A DNA stretch of 64,000 nucleotides. Origin: Octopus vulgaris. Its lineage: Eukaryota. Position 1 is the first letter of the stretch; every line of letters starts with the position of its first letter. Where the stretch lies: assembly GCA_951406725.2 (NCBI GenBank), contig OX597830.1, positions 57,474,001 to 57,538,000 of the forward strand. Reading direction: 5' to 3'. The position numbers and the translations under genes are program-made. Below, piece by piece: positions 1-13,429 of the stretch. The notes beneath the pieces are model-generated. The model worked only from the letters and a program-made list of their open reading frames with translations, searched no databases and was not told where the DNA came from.

Positions 1-14
1 AAAAGAAATCTTTT

Positions 15-290
15 ATCATCATCATCATCGTCATCACTGTCACTACATCCATTCATCACCGCTGTCATCATCATCATCATCATCACCGCTGTCATCATGA
101 ATCTCCTCCTCGTCATCAGCATTGCCATTCTTATCATCATCGCCATCACTCTTACTCGTCACCACCACCACGACCGCCATCACCACCACCACCAGTACCA
201 CCACCACCACCACCACCACCACCGCCATTGTCATCATCATCACCATCGCCGCCTTCGTCACTACCATCGTTACCATTCCCATCACAATCA
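15..290. repeat. (CAT)n/(CAC)n low-complexity trinucleotide tract
   Basis: Degenerate catcat/caccac repeats; the His/Thr/Asp-rich ORFs here come from the repeat. Confidence 0.9.
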
Positions 291-371
291 TTGTTGTTCA
301 GCATTTAAAAACTTTTTTTTTTCAGTTAAGACAGACACGAATAGAGCTACGGACATACTGACATAGTTAAA

Positions 372-372
<1 letters not shown>

Positions 373-436
<64 letters not shown>

Positions 437-466
437 ATACACACACACACACACATACACACACAC
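373..466. repeat. (CA)n microsatellite
   Basis: Direct reading. Confidence 0.95.
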
Positions 467-1189
467 TCGTGTAAAGTTGAATAAAATTACCTTTTATTTC
501 TTTATTTTATTTATTGAAATGTGAAGAGAGAAATGAAATGAAACAACAACACAAAAGGAAGAAAAGAGACAAAGAGAAAGAAAAGAAGGCAAACTGAATG
601 AGTAAGGGTGGTGGCGGGCAGGAGGGTGGCGGTGGAGAGAACGGGAGGGATTGTGGGGGCGGAGATGAAGGTGGCGGCGGCGGCGGCGGTGGCGGTGGAG
701 GATCTGAAATTGGGCCTTTGTTGTGATAATGGGGAATCAATAGAATGAATGTTACAAGACAGACAAGCGACTACAAATCTAAACTCAACAGAAGCTGAAA
801 GCGGAGACACGTGACATGGTGTCTGATGTGGTGAAGACCCGGCTTTTCAGTTTATCTCTAAAAGACCCTGCTTTTTATTTCTTGACAAAAATATAAAATA
901 TAGGACTAGTTTGTTTTATTTTTTATTTTTATCGCCGTGAAGTTCATAACTCTCTCGATATAATTCTACTCGAGCGTCTGGACATGTGCATTAATTATAT
1001 TTCCCCGTGTGGTGGGTGTCCAGAGCCAGAAGCCATTCCCCTTCGTCTAAGTTCAAAATCCTTCAAATGCAGAGACTTCCTTTCTCTTTTCTCCTTGAAA
1101 TTGTTTGCTACAAAGGATACCAGTCATGTACTGAGATTGATCCAATGTTATAAACTCCTTTACAAATGTGTTTTGTACCAACATGAAAA

Positions 1190-1500
1190 GTTATATTTGT
1201 CGATGTTATTGTCTTGTAGTGCAAGGAAAGGAAAGTGGTGAAGTGATAGAACTTGGAAACGGACATCGAAAACGATTTTTCGGGAAAGACAGAATATACA
1301 GTGAGAAATACTGTGCGAAAGCAATAGATGGGAGGCAATAACCCGTCCTGTGGAGAAAGCCGTTAGAGGTTCTATTGGAACCAAGGTTCATTTGATGCTC
1401 AAGAGTGTTGGACTAACTGCGAAGGAGAGAAATGATGTCGGCGGAAAATTGTTAGAAGTCACTTAAAAACCAAGCCATTACATCTGGTTCCAGAGAAAGG
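1190..1500 (+). mobile_element. Degenerate C-terminal REL endonuclease of a Hero/NeSL-like non-LTR retrotransposon
   Basis: Broken translation DVIVL*CKERKVVK..IEL..W..ILCESNRWEAITRPVEKAVRGSIGTKVHLMLKSVGL..KLLEVT*KPSHYIW resembles the PD..IELTVPW..PVEVGCRGF..ASxWLW motif series. Confidence 0.55.
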
Positions 1501-1595
1501 ACGTCTAGTAGAACAAAAACGAACACTGAAGATGACAGAAACATCTGGCCCAGAGTCACAACATCTGACTCAACAAAACTCGTGTTGCCGTGCAG

Positions 1596-1751
1596 GAGTT
1601 TTGTCGCCTCCATCGGTTGGTGGCTCCGGGGGAAACTCTGTTGTAGCAGAAACATCTACAGAGTTGCTTCATCGCTTGATGAGACATCGATTCCAAGATT
1701 CAGAGGGGCAGTTACAGCAACGCCATCAGCACTCCAGTGTTTACTCTAAAT
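1596..1751 (+). CDS. Candidate internal exon of an unknown gene (GVLSPPSVGGSGGNSVVAETSTELLHRLMRHRFQDSEGQLQQRHQHSSVYSK)
   Basis: 156 nt open frame between tgcag| and |gtatgt, phase 1-1; weak polypyrimidine tract; no recognised homology. Confidence 0.25.
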
Positions 1752-3149
1752 GTATGTATTTAAAATATTTTTCAGGAATAGCAAAATTCTCCATTTCTGG
1801 ATCTTGAAATTCTTTTGGTTTGAATTTCCCTGAGTTCAGTTTTCATCTCCCATTTTGATAAAATAACTACCAACAGTATATTAATTCACTGGGAGGGAGC
1901 AACTTCACATTATCACCTTCTGTTTTTAGTAGTCCTTGGTATTTCTTTAATTATTCCTTGTTAATGACTATATTTTCACAGGGGCGAGTTGCTGCACTCG
2001 CAAAATTTATTTTTGATTTTTCCTCTTGTTTAGCCTCGCTCGACATCTTGTCGTCTGCTTTTGTAACGCGCGCGTGAGACGTCTCTATGCCTTTACCTTC
2101 CTCCTCCCACATTTTCGCCTCTTTACTTCTACCTTCCTCCTCCCACATATTCGCCTTCAAACAAATTTCCAAAGTTTTCCTCGGACTCGGAAGAAATTGG
2201 TGGCAAATTCCTGTTTTTTGCCGCTTCCCCCCTTGAAACAAGAGGGAAACAACAGCAAAACTCAGCTGCAACAGCAGAAAAGAAGTCGTCTCGACGACCA
2301 AAAAACAGCAAATTTTCACAATTTTCAGCACAAAACCAATCTTTCACTGCGGAGCAAAGAATAACACGACCGATAAGAGAGGGAGAGAGATGAGCTTCGT
2401 CGTCATGTTTAAAATACCCAAAGCTCGCCATTATATAATGACGATGCTCTTCCGTTGTCAAGAGCTCCACCATTCACCATGCGGTGTGCGTGTGTGTGTA
2501 TGTACTACATTCTGTTCATCACCCTTCGATGTGACAACTCCAAATTCACCCCAGTTTTTAGTTATTTCTCTTCGCTTATTATGTTACTAATTTCCAATGG
2601 TACAAAATACACCTTGCTCATTCTTTTTTTTTCTTCTCTGTAAATACAATTAAATAACTTTTGTGCATTCTTGTTTAGATTGAGTTGTGGTCGACCTAAT
2701 AGAGGCGACTGAGTCATGCGTTGAGAGATGTTTGTTGCCCTTAGGAAAGAAAGAAAGAAAAAGATCGACTTCCTTCGCCTGCATATAACCACCACCACCA
2801 TCACCATCACTACGATTCATCTATCAGTCCAATGTGATGGCCTTCATGCCTCATCTAATTTGTCTGGGATGATGATGATGATGACGACGACCACAATGGT
2901 GATGAGAAGGAGGAGGAGGAGGAGGAGGAGGAGGACGGTGATGGTAACGAGAAGGAGAAAGTGATTTGCGAGAAGGTAGGGTGTTGGGCGAGGGAAACCC
3001 TTTATTGCATCAACGCAGCCTCACGTGCGAAAGCTCTCACCTTTAAGCACGTGCGCACACACAACCTCGCAAAACTGCTTCAGTTACATCAAAAAACTTT
3101 CATTTAGTCCACCGATTGAGTTTTTCACATAGCTTTCTGTGTTGCTGTT

Positions 3150-3270
<121 letters not shown>

Positions 3271-4030
3271 ATTCAGTAGTTTTATTTTTATATCGTGCTT
3301 TCACTTCACTACCGAGCGCAGCTCTGTGTGCCTTGGGTATGTGCTGTGATTTGTTGTGATGCTCTGATGGTTATTGTATGGAAAGTGTTCTGCGTAGGAT
3401 GTGTGCAGTGCCTAGTAGTGCAATTTTCTGTATGTTATATGTGTTTGTAAGTCCTGGTGTTTTTGTTATGTATTTGTCTGAATATTTTTTTATCATGCCT
3501 AATGCACCTACTATGATAGGAATTGTTTCTGTTTTCAGATTCCACATTCTAGTTACCTCTATTTCCAGGTCTTTGTATTTTGAGAGTTTCTCCATTTCTT
3601 TTAGAGACACATTGTCATCTGCCGGTATTGATACATCAATTAGAAAACATTTTTTTCTTCATGATCTCCGACAACTATATCTGGTCTGTTGGCCTTAATT
3701 TCTCTATCTGTGTGTATCGGCATATCCCAGAATATGGTTGCTTTCTCGTTTTCTGTGACCTTTTCTGGTGTGTGCCTATACCATCTTTTTTCTGTTGTTA
3801 TTCCATAATGTTGGCATAGCTTCCAGTGTATGTAGGTCCCGACTCTGTCGTGTCTGAATATATTCCTTCTTAGCCAGGATTGGGCAGCCAGAGATAATAT
3901 GATTTATTGTTTCTTGTCCATCTCCACATATTCTGCAGTTACTTGTTATATTTCTTTTCATTACTTGTTTTTGGTAATTTCTGGTGGGGAGGCTTTGGTC
4001 TTGTGCTGCAATTAAAAATCCTTCTGTTAA
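3271..4030 (-). mobile_element. 5'-truncated R4/Dong-clade LINE (CCHC zinc knuckle, REL endonuclease, 3' UTR) in a TAA tract
   Basis: CRICGDGQETINHIISGC and EKLSKYKDLEIEVTRMW..IPIIVGALG..IQKIALLGTAHILRRTLS*; (TAA)n on both sides. Confidence 0.85.
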
Positions 4031-4065
4031 AAATTAAAAAATTTTTTAATTAAAATTAAAAATCC

Positions 4066-4131
<66 letters not shown>

Positions 4132-4164
4132 GTCGTCGTCGTCTTCTTCTTATTATTATTATTA

Positions 4165-4430
4165 TCTTTTTTCTTCTTTCAAATTTGCTTCCATTTCTTG
4201 CCGAGTGTCTTCCTGACTCCTAGGGCAAAGAAACTCATAGTATACATTGGTAGGCCATTAAACTAAACTCACTAGTTCGTTCATTTTTTTTTAAAGTTAA
4301 ATTAAAATACATGGGTAGTAATAGTTCTCACATCGACAATGCTCTTCTCAATACGTGTGATGTACCAGTTAAGACAATCTTTTGCACTTCTTGCAGGGAT
4401 ATTAAGCCAGGGATCATTCTCATATAATTT
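4165..4430 (-). mobile_element. 3' end of a second, different R4/Dong-like LINE
   Basis: Minus frame YMRMIPGLISLQEVQKIVLTGTSHVLRRALSM*, then a UTR ending in (TAA)n. Confidence 0.75.
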
Positions 4431-4501
4431 TCTTCTTCTTCTTCTTCTTCTTCTTCTTATTATTATTATTATTATTATTCGTCTTCTTCTTCTTCTTCTT
4501 C

Positions 4502-4533
<32 letters not shown>

Positions 4534-4642
4534 CTTCTTCTTCTTCTTCTTCTTCTTCTTCTTCTTCTTCTTCTTCTTCTTCTTCTTCTTCTTCTTCTTC
4601 TTCTTCTTCTTCTTCTTCTTCTTCTTCTTCTTCTACTTCTTC

Positions 4643-4715
<73 letters not shown>

Positions 4716-4732
4716 CATTATTCGTCTTCTTC

Positions 4733-4808
<76 letters not shown>

Positions 4809-4843
4809 CATTATTCGTCTTCTACTTCTTCTTCTTCTTCTTC

Positions 4844-4880
<37 letters not shown>

Positions 4881-4915
4881 CATTATTCGTCTTCTTCTAC
4901 TTCTTCTTCTTCTTC

Positions 4916-4967
<52 letters not shown>

Positions 4968-5011
4968 CATTATTCGTCTTCTTCTACTTCTTCTTCTTCT
5001 TCTTCTTATTC

Positions 5012-5051
<40 letters not shown>

Positions 5052-5089
5052 CATTATTCGTCTTCTTCTACTTCTTCTTCTTCTTCTTC

Positions 5090-5123
<34 letters not shown>

Positions 5124-5164
5124 CATTATTCGTCTTCTTCTACTTCTTCTTCTTCTTCTTCTTC

Positions 5165-5207
<43 letters not shown>

Positions 5208-5236
5208 CATTATTCGTCTTCTACTTCTTCTTCTTC

Positions 5237-5270
<34 letters not shown>

Positions 5271-5311
5271 CATTATTCGTCTTCTACTTCTTCTTCTTCT
5301 TCTTCTTCTTC

Positions 5312-5363
<52 letters not shown>

Positions 5364-5380
5364 CATTATTCGTCTTCTTC

Positions 5381-5441
<61 letters not shown>

Positions 5442-5482
5442 CATTATTCGTCTTCTACTTCTTCTTCTTCTTCTTCTTCTTC

Positions 5483-5537
<55 letters not shown>

Positions 5538-5562
5538 CATTATTCGTCTTCTTCTTCTTCTT
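4430..5562. repeat. Higher-order compound microsatellite [(CTT)n(ATT)n ATC ATT ATT CGT CTT..CTA] x ~11-12
   Basis: Invariant punctuation atcattattcgtctt recurs every ~60-95 nt. Confidence 0.95.
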
Positions 5563-6049
5563 CATCTCTCTCTCTCTCTCTCTCTCTCATTCTCCCTGTC
5601 TCTCACTTTACACCTGTGCAGCATGCATGTGCACCTGTACATGTTTGTGTGCGTGTGCGCGACTGCAGCACTGGACTGTCGCCATCTAAATGGTATGAGC
5701 AAATATGGAGACTGCTCTCTGTTGTTGGGGCTGAGAAAATTACCTGTCGGTTTGTGGAGACTGGGGGGTGGGGGAGAAGAAAGACGAAACAAAGTCGCGG
5801 GAGACAAATGGCGATGATTTACCAAGAGTTTGTCCCCCCCCCCCCGCACTAAAACAAAAACCTGAGCTATGAAGCAGCAAGAATCTGATAGGTGGAAAGA
5901 TATGTAGTGGTGGGGGGGGGAGTTAAAGAGTTGGTGTGTGGAGGATGTGGAGGGATGGAAGGCTAATTGGGCGTGTGCCCGAAACTTTAACCTCATGCTT
6001 AGGTGCATATGCGTATGTATGTTTAGTTTGTTAAAGACTTTGCCACGTT

Positions 6050-6270
6050 CTCAGGATGTGATGATGGACGGACCGGAGGCATGATCGTGGACACGGGTTA
6101 AAAATTTTGTTTCTGCTGTTCAGGTAGATGTCCAAAAGAAGAGAAATCTTTAATGTAATTCTTTTCTCTGCTAAACATAGCCTGCATCTTTTGGCTTGCT
6201 CTTCTCCATGATTTCCCGCTTGATATTGTAATTTATAGCGCTTGTTTTCAACGACTATACATGTCCAGCC
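6050..6270 (-). mobile_element. Penelope-like GIY-YIG C-terminal remnant
   Basis: AKRCRLCLAEKRITLK..LNSRNKIFNPCPR resembles the KRCNLCLxEK..LNKRSE..CRH tail. Confidence 0.55.
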
Positions 6271-6329
6271 AGGGCTGTGGCATCGCTCTCTCTCTATTGA
6301 AAGCGGAAGATATGGAAGCTCAAAATATA

Positions 6330-7900
6330 AGTAAACTAAAAAATTTAGAGAAATTCTTGTCGAAACATTTGACGAAAACGAGGAGGAATTAGAGATGTAT
6401 AGCATAGAAGATATCTGTAATGAGCGGTTGCATAAGGCACAACTGGTAGTAGAACTAGGGAGTGGTAACGCTGCTTGAGAAAAAATACCTACAATTGGGA
6501 CGACATAGACGATGTTAGACCCATAACTGTGCGAAACAGATTTTAAAATTCTGACCAAGATGTTAACGAAAAGGTTAGCGCGTGTTGTCGGTCGTCTGTT
6601 CTGGAAGCATAAACGTGCGTGATCCATTCGCAAGGCAACCGCCACCTTCTGCGGGAACGAAGTTGGCTTCGGTGGGGATTTGACTAATTTGGATTCGTGG
6701 AAAAGTTTTCGATATGGTCCGCCCTAAAAAATGGTCCAGAAATCGACCAGTTTCGGTCTCATTTTCAGAGACTGGATGACTACGGAGTACAATAGCACCT
6801 ATTTGATAATCAAAGTAAACGACCAGCTCTCGGAACCCTTTCACATCGACTTCTTGGTCCGACGGGTTAACCTTTTTTCACCTCTTGTATTCATGCAGGC
6901 TCTTGAGCCACTGCTGCAGATGTCGGAACATTGGAGGGGCGTTCCTTTCGAACTGGGACCCAGGAACACCGGCGTATGTGGATGACGTCGTTGTTATGTC
7001 AGATGCTTCCGAAGTGGAGGCGATTGGCATCGTTCTAAAGGGTAGAGATGGCAGATGCCCACATTGCTGCCATCACTATTTGCTACTCGACGATTGCGCC
7101 TTGCTTCAGTTACGGCCTGATGTAATGATAGCATTTGCTACGAACTTTTTGTGAAAGAGACGCGTTCTGTTGGTCAAACAATTCGTCTTAACAGCAACTT
7201 CTGCACGGCAGGTAAGGCACACACTGGCTGTTGATACGCAGACACACGCTGATGCAGCACCAGCCACACATATTCTTATATGATGAACGTGTGCGGTCAC
7301 AATTGGTGGCGTACGCTTTCCCGCAGTTTGTCTCCTTGGTGGAAATTCAGAACTGGACGCTTAACATCTAGAATACCACCAGGCGCTCACCGCCCGCTAC
7401 CAATCGGGTAACGAGATAGGTAGATGTCGACTCTAGCAATTCATAGAGGGTTAATGGAAGGGAAAAAGACCAACGTTTCTGCGGAAATTCTGAGCGTTAC
7501 TAAACGAACGGGAGAGTCTGTATGAGAAGGTTTTCGAACTGGTGACGACTTTGGCAGTGGCACTGGTCCGAGATAAACTCTACAGGTATAAAACTACCAT
7601 CAAACGGTCCTGTCCAAGATGCGTGTGCAGCGATGAAACCCTTCTGCTTGCATTCGTTCAGCAACTAGTTAACTCTAACTTGCAGGATTTTGTCGAACAG
7701 ATGCTGGAACATGTGTGATGGATACGGCAATCAGTCGAATTCATCCTGATGATTATTCTGCCGTTGCCCTCCTTAAACGGGCAGGGAAAACAATTTCCCT
7801 CCGTCTGTAGCTAGTGAAAGAAATTGTGTGTGGTGGAAAGATCTGCGGACAGACACTTTCCTCTTTGCTCTCAATGTATTTTCACTTGAAAAGAAAGATG
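6330..7900 (+). mobile_element. Highly decayed Tx1/L1-clade LINE (RT and CCHC), with unrelated sequence at ~7045-7335
   Basis: VRPITV..DFKILTKMLTKRLARVV; KVNDQLSEPF..SPLVFMQALEPLL; AYVDDV; RSCPRCVCSDETLL. Confidence 0.7.
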
Positions 7901-8409
7901 TGGATTGAGACGATGCTGTTCACCAATGAATTGTAAGAGATGAAATTGTTTCAAGTATAAGTGTGTGAGTCGGGGCAAAATACTGACCGGCATTTTGTCT
8001 GTCTTTAGTTCAAACTCCGTCGATGTTAACTATACCTTTCATCCTTTTGAGGTCGATAAAATAAGTACCTGTGCGTATGTGAGTGCGTGCGCGGACGTGT
8101 GTGTACACGCACACATCGATGTACATATATTTTTCACTTAGCCCATTCTGTATTTATTTTACTCATATCCGTAATGCCACATTTATATTCACATACGTCT
8201 TCTTAAAATACCCAGCTTACTGTCATTCACAAGTTCAAACACAAAAATACAAAAAGGAAATCAAATATTTCCACTAAACCTGAACATCATGCCAATTGAA
8301 TGAGATAATTAGTGTAATTTTCCTTGAAATTGGTCCTGGGATAATTCTTTCAATAGAAGATAATAAAGCGACTATAATTTAGATATAAACTTCTGCATAT
8401 GATATAACT

Positions 8410-8845
8410 GAACGTTTAACGTCCGTTTTCCATGCTGACATGGGTTGGATGGTTCGACTTGGGTCTGAGAAGCCAGAAGGCTGCACCAGGCTCCAGTCTA
8501 ATATGGAAATGTTTCTACAGCTGGATGCCCTTCCTAACGCCAACCACTTCGAGAGTGTAGTGGGTGCTTTTTTACGTGCCATCGGCACAGGGGCCAGAGG
8601 GAGGGGGAGGGGCTGGCATCGACCGCAATCGGATGGTGCTTTTTACGTTCCATTGGCACGGAAGCTAGTCAAGGCGGCGCTGGCATCGGCCACGTTCGGG
8701 TTGTGCTTTTTATGTACCGCCGGCACGGGGATCACAGCTACAATTTCCGTTTGAATGCGATTTGATTTTGATGTACCTGACTCAATAAGTCTCCTGAGCA
8801 CTTTTGAGTGGGCTGGTTATGCGACATTGGTGTGACTTACAGCTA
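8410..8845 (-). mobile_element. RTE-tailed non-autonomous retroelement (SINE-like) with ~3 internal repeat modules
   Basis: ggttggcgttaggaagggcatccagctgtagaaa and 3' end ccaacccatg..catggaaaacggacgttaaa shared with the 11.5 kb and 50 kb copies. Confidence 0.8.
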
Positions 8846-9544
8846 ATCTAAAAGGCTTATTTAGCTGGTGTTTTTTCTTTTTAGTAGATCAAATTAATAA
8901 TCCTTCTTGTATATCTATATTTTTCAAGAAGCATCTCTTTTCTTTCTTTTTCACTTAAAATTTCTAATAAATACAAGGGAAAGAATTTAGGCTTTTTCTT
9001 AAAATACTTATCTCCCTTCGTCTTAGTAGTTTCTTTATACATTTAGTTTCTTTCATAACTAAATACATTTTTTATACTTTATAATACTGAAATCAATTGA
9101 TATAACGCATTTAAGCAATATAGTTTATTTAATTTATATCAAATATTTATTTCAATAAAAATTTTTTTGAAATCCATTGAAATAAAAGTTGGGTTTTTCT
9201 TTCCTTTTTTTTTCTTTTGTATTTCATCTTTTTACGTCTTTATAACTAAAATTCTTTCTTTAATAATTTTTTTTTAAAAACCAGATTTGCAAATACATAT
9301 CAACTTCTAGTCGTCAATACTGCTATATTATTCGCAACAATATTTCCAGTCACCCCAAAGAACACTGTTACATCACATTCAACGATTTTACATTCCTAAG
9401 TTCCTTAAACGTTAAAACAATTCATACAATTATTGTATATTAAAAGTTTCCTCACATAATTTTCCCTTCCTATCCTTCGTGCTGCCATTTTTATTCTCTT
9501 TTCAATATCTCTCTTCTCTTTCGCAATACATATTCGTTTATCAC

Positions 9545-10450
9545 ATTTGTTGTTGTTGTTATTTCTCTTTACTACAGGTTTTGTTGGAGACCCTGGAGTC
9601 TTGCAGGTGTAGTGGGCTTACTACCTGCAGCCTATGCTACCATACTATTCGTTCTTTTCATCTATCTAATACTTTCCTGCTTATTCTGACCATGCCATAG
9701 AGGCAAACCTTTTGTAACAGTTCTAACGGGAACTCTATTCTAATTTCCTCTATATTCTTCTTGATGCCTTCTGAAAGACCCAACAATAATTGGCACTATC
9801 TTCATTTTCCATAGCCGAGCTATTTCGTACTTAAGAGGAAAGTATCGATCTATCTTTTCGCTTTCTTTCTTGACTATTTGTGGGCCAAAGGGGCATGCAA
9901 CATCAACTATATAACATGTGGTGCACCTTGTCGACCACCACTAGGTCCTATCGCTTATGCACTAGCACCTGGTTTGTTTGGATTGGGAAATCCCAGAGGG
10001 CTTTGCTAGTCTCGGACTCCATTATGCTCTGTCATTTGTACACATACCATGTCTTGCCTCTCTCTAAACCCCACTTTTCGCACAGTTTCCAGTGTAACGC
10101 TTTCTCTACCTGATCATGTCGCCACAACTTGTAGTGATTTTGGGCAAGTTTAGGGTATTCGTTTGTGATATGGGCAATGGTTTCATCCACTCTATTGCTG
10201 ATGTGACACAGCAGAGACACTTGCTCCTTCCTAAGGTTGTGGCCAAAGCTTGGTCTTATGCTGCCATTATTGTGCTCTCAGTCCCTTTTTTTAGTGTTTG
10301 TTTCATCAGCCAATCTCACCTTTCTTTTTTTTATGCAACTTCTATTGTGGATAAATGGAATTGATTGTGTAGTCCCTTCTTACATAATTCTTCTTCATGT
10401 CCTTCTGCTACTTCTTCCTTTGTTTTATATATCAAGCCCAATGGGGTCAC
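9545..10450 (-). mobile_element. Decayed R4/Dong-like REL LINE 3' region
   Basis: ETIAHITNEYPKLAQNHYKLWRHDQVEKALHWKLCEKWGL; ends in an (AAC)n tail. Confidence 0.7.
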
Positions 10451-11340
10451 AAATATCAGTGTTACGTCAAACGATCTGGTTTCCACGTCAACGGAACCAC
10501 TTGAATCAGACTGTTTTATTCAAACTGAATCGCTATCAAAAAGGAGGGTCTTCCTAGCAAGCATAAGGACTTCTGTCTCTGTAATTTATAGCACAATCTA
10601 GAACCTTCGATAATAATTCCTGGGAAATTGATAAATAAAAATTCACAATATCAAATTGAGTAAATGTGGTTCTCACTTTGCGGCCAACACCATTAAATCA
10701 CGGATTAATGTCATAGGTACCACGCCATAGAGCACCAATTACATTAATCCAAACCAGAGACTTTCCTAATGCTATTATTAATATTCCTAAGTATATTCTT
10801 GCTAAATGTGCCAAGCTCTGGCATTACAGAGTTTATGAGGCTGCATTTAAGACAAGAAGTGAAGTTAACTGTATCGTCCTTAATGGTGAGTAAAGCACTG
10901 TGCTTAGTGTTTTTATTCCGTCCTCAACATGTAAATCATTGGTTTACTGTTTAGAACATGCTTGAGGGTCTAATCTCTACATGCTTGAGGGTCTAATCTC
11001 TACATGCTTGTGGGTGTACTTCTACTTGATGCTATTCCTTAATAATTGCTAATTCAATCTGTTATGTTCCTGATTATATATTTTTGGTTTTGTCAGAGAA
11101 AGGCAAGGCTTTATTTGAAGGTTTCAGCCTACCTTTGTGAGATCTAAGCTTATTCTGGAAAAGACCGGAGAACTTACGGAATCTGAGTTTTGGTATCAGG
11201 TTCAGGTCTGATTCAAAACTATCCAGGTCCTTGGTTCTTGGTGAGAGTGTTCTGTGCTTCACTATTGCCACAAGAACTCATAGAAAAATGCCTTCCATCG
11301 CATACATCTAACAAGGTCCATGGATAATAATAAGTATTTA
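10450..11340 (-). mobile_element. Decayed Penelope-like RT remnant
   Basis: RCMRWKAFFY; DLDSFESDL..FRKFSGLFQNKL..FSDKTKNI. Confidence 0.55.
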
Positions 11341-11491
11341 ATATTCTTTATCCATGAAGAATGCTCTACTTTGTAACGGATAATTGTGTAATACTGCTCA
11401 TGGAACAGATCCTCTTGTTATACACTGTATGCAGTATGGAAGCATGTAACGTGATCAGGTGTGATTCATAGTGAAAAAAACATTCAACTGT

Positions 11492-12255
11492 CATCATCAT
11501 CATCATCATCATCATCATCGTTTAACGTCCGCTTTCCATGCTAGCATGGGTTGGACGGTTCAACTGGGGTCTGGGAAGCCCGAAGGCTGCACCAGGCCAG
11601 TCAGATCTGGCAGTGTTTCTACAGCTGGATGCCCTTCCTAACGCCAACCACTCCGAGAGTGTAGTGGGTGATTTTATGTGCCACCGACAACAGGTGCCAG
11701 ACGAGGCTGGCAGACGGCCACACTCGGATGGTGTTTTTTATATGCCACCGACACAGGTGCCAGACGAGGCTGGCAGACGGCCACGCTCAGATGGTGTTTT
11801 TTATGTGCCACCGACACAGGTGCCAGACGAGGCTGGCAGACGGCCACGCTCGGATGGTGTTTTTATGTGCCACCGACACAGGTGCCAGACGAGGCTGGCA
11901 GACGGCCACGCTCGGATGGTGTTTTTTATGTGCCACCGACACAGGTGCCAGACGAGGCTGGCGAACGGCCACGATCGGATGGTGTTTGTTACGTGCCCAC
12001 AGCACAGAGGCCAGTTGATGCGGTACTGGCTACAGCCACGTTCGGATGGTTTTCTTATGTGCCACCGGCACCGGTACCACAAGGATACAAATTCCATTGA
12101 TGTTCATCTATTTTGATTTGGTTTGATTTGATTTGATTTGATTTTCACTTGCCTCAACAGGTCTTCACAAGTGTCACAAGAAGGAAGGTATGCACAGGTG
12201 GACTGACTACGTCCCAGGTAGGGCCCACGGGTTATGGCTTCACTAGTCTTACCCT
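11492..12255 (-). mobile_element. RTE-tailed non-autonomous retroelement with ~6-7 tandem ~61-bp modules and a (GAT)n tail
   Basis: Unit gtgccaccgacacaggtgccagacgaggctggcagacggccacgctcggatggtgtttttat repeated 11678-12070. Confidence 0.85.
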
Positions 12256-12269
12256 AGAAACACATACAT

Positions 12270-12480
12270 GACCACACTGCCTCATTCAGGAGCTCCGAGA
12301 AGCAGAACATCACTGCACGGACCAAGCATATATAGTGTTTGAAGGAAAAGGAAGCCAACTAAAATATCACATGGAAACTATTAAAGAAATGCAAACCTTA
12401 TCCTAACACCCTCTTCTTCCAAGCTTTGTTCAATGTGAACTAAGCTTGATGGAGAAGATACTTGTACTTAACAGCTCCTC
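12270..12480 (+). mobile_element. Penelope-like GIY-YIG remnant
   Basis: TASFRSSEKQNIT..KHI*CLKEK..NITWKLLKKCKPY..LMEKILVL. Confidence 0.55.
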
Positions 12481-13429
12481 TACACCCAGGTTATATATAA
12501 ATACCAAGTCAGCAGCCTTCACACCTTGTCTGCATGAAGTGAAGTACATTCTCAGGCACTGGACTAAAACAGCAATGTCAGAGGAAGGACAAACAGAAAG
12601 AAACTACATCAGTGCTACTGGTGGAATCTTCAAAGGAAGATATACACAACATACATACACATTACAAACCCTATACGAAAGGAACACAACACTTGTCCAA
12701 ACACCTCTATGAGTTTAAGGAAAACAACATCATCGCAAGCATTAAATGGAAAATTTAAGACAGCATCGTTTTATATAAACAGCTCTGGTAACTGTTCTCC
12801 TCTGCACCACAGAAAAATACCACATAATCTTGCTAAAGTATACATTATGAACAAGAGAATCAAATAACATCATGGTGCAGACACCAAAATAAATTCATTT
12901 TCAAAAAGATCCGAACTCCAAAACGAGATAAAACAAACACAAAAACCCCAACAGCCACAGACAGACATAAACCTTACTCATACGTGCATTGCCCATATTC
13001 CGAAAGAAAAAAACACACATGTATAGCATGCAACATGCACACATTCATACACTTACTAGCTCGACATAACTTCTAAAATATCCTATATACATAATATACC
13101 CACACATATGTGCATGTGTAGGCATCTACACACGCTTATACACACCCCAAAAAGCCAAAAAGCAGAAAATAATAACAATATAGAAATCTGAAACCTCACT
13201 CCCACCTCCACACACACACAAACACGAAAAGAGCAGGCTCCATCAGTAACTCATCTGCAAATTCTAAACAAATTAATAACCCCCAACCCCAACCCATTTA
13301 CAAAATGAAACTGACCAATGAAGCGGCAAGAAAACAAAAACAAAAACAAAAATACCCAATCAATAAACATGGAAGACAAGTGAAGACAGAGAAGAAAAGC
13401 AGTTGGCTGTCCTATCTTCTTTTTCCTTT

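Noticed and set aside
507-740. Polyproline ORF
   Set aside because: (GGC/GGT)n tract without domain or splice support
1527-1548. CTGAAGA..GAAAC hammerhead-like spacing
   Set aside because: No stem II, stem III or stem I pairing
4302-5817. 412- and 492-aa ORFs (poly-I/R/L)
   Set aside because: Translation of stop-free trinucleotide repeats
7045-7335. Possible hAT zinc-finger fragment (VCLTCRAEVAVK)
   Set aside because: Too short and degenerate to support a call
11678-12070. CRISPR array or repeat-protein ORFs
   Set aside because: Units are contiguous and near-identical, and lie inside a dispersed retroelement
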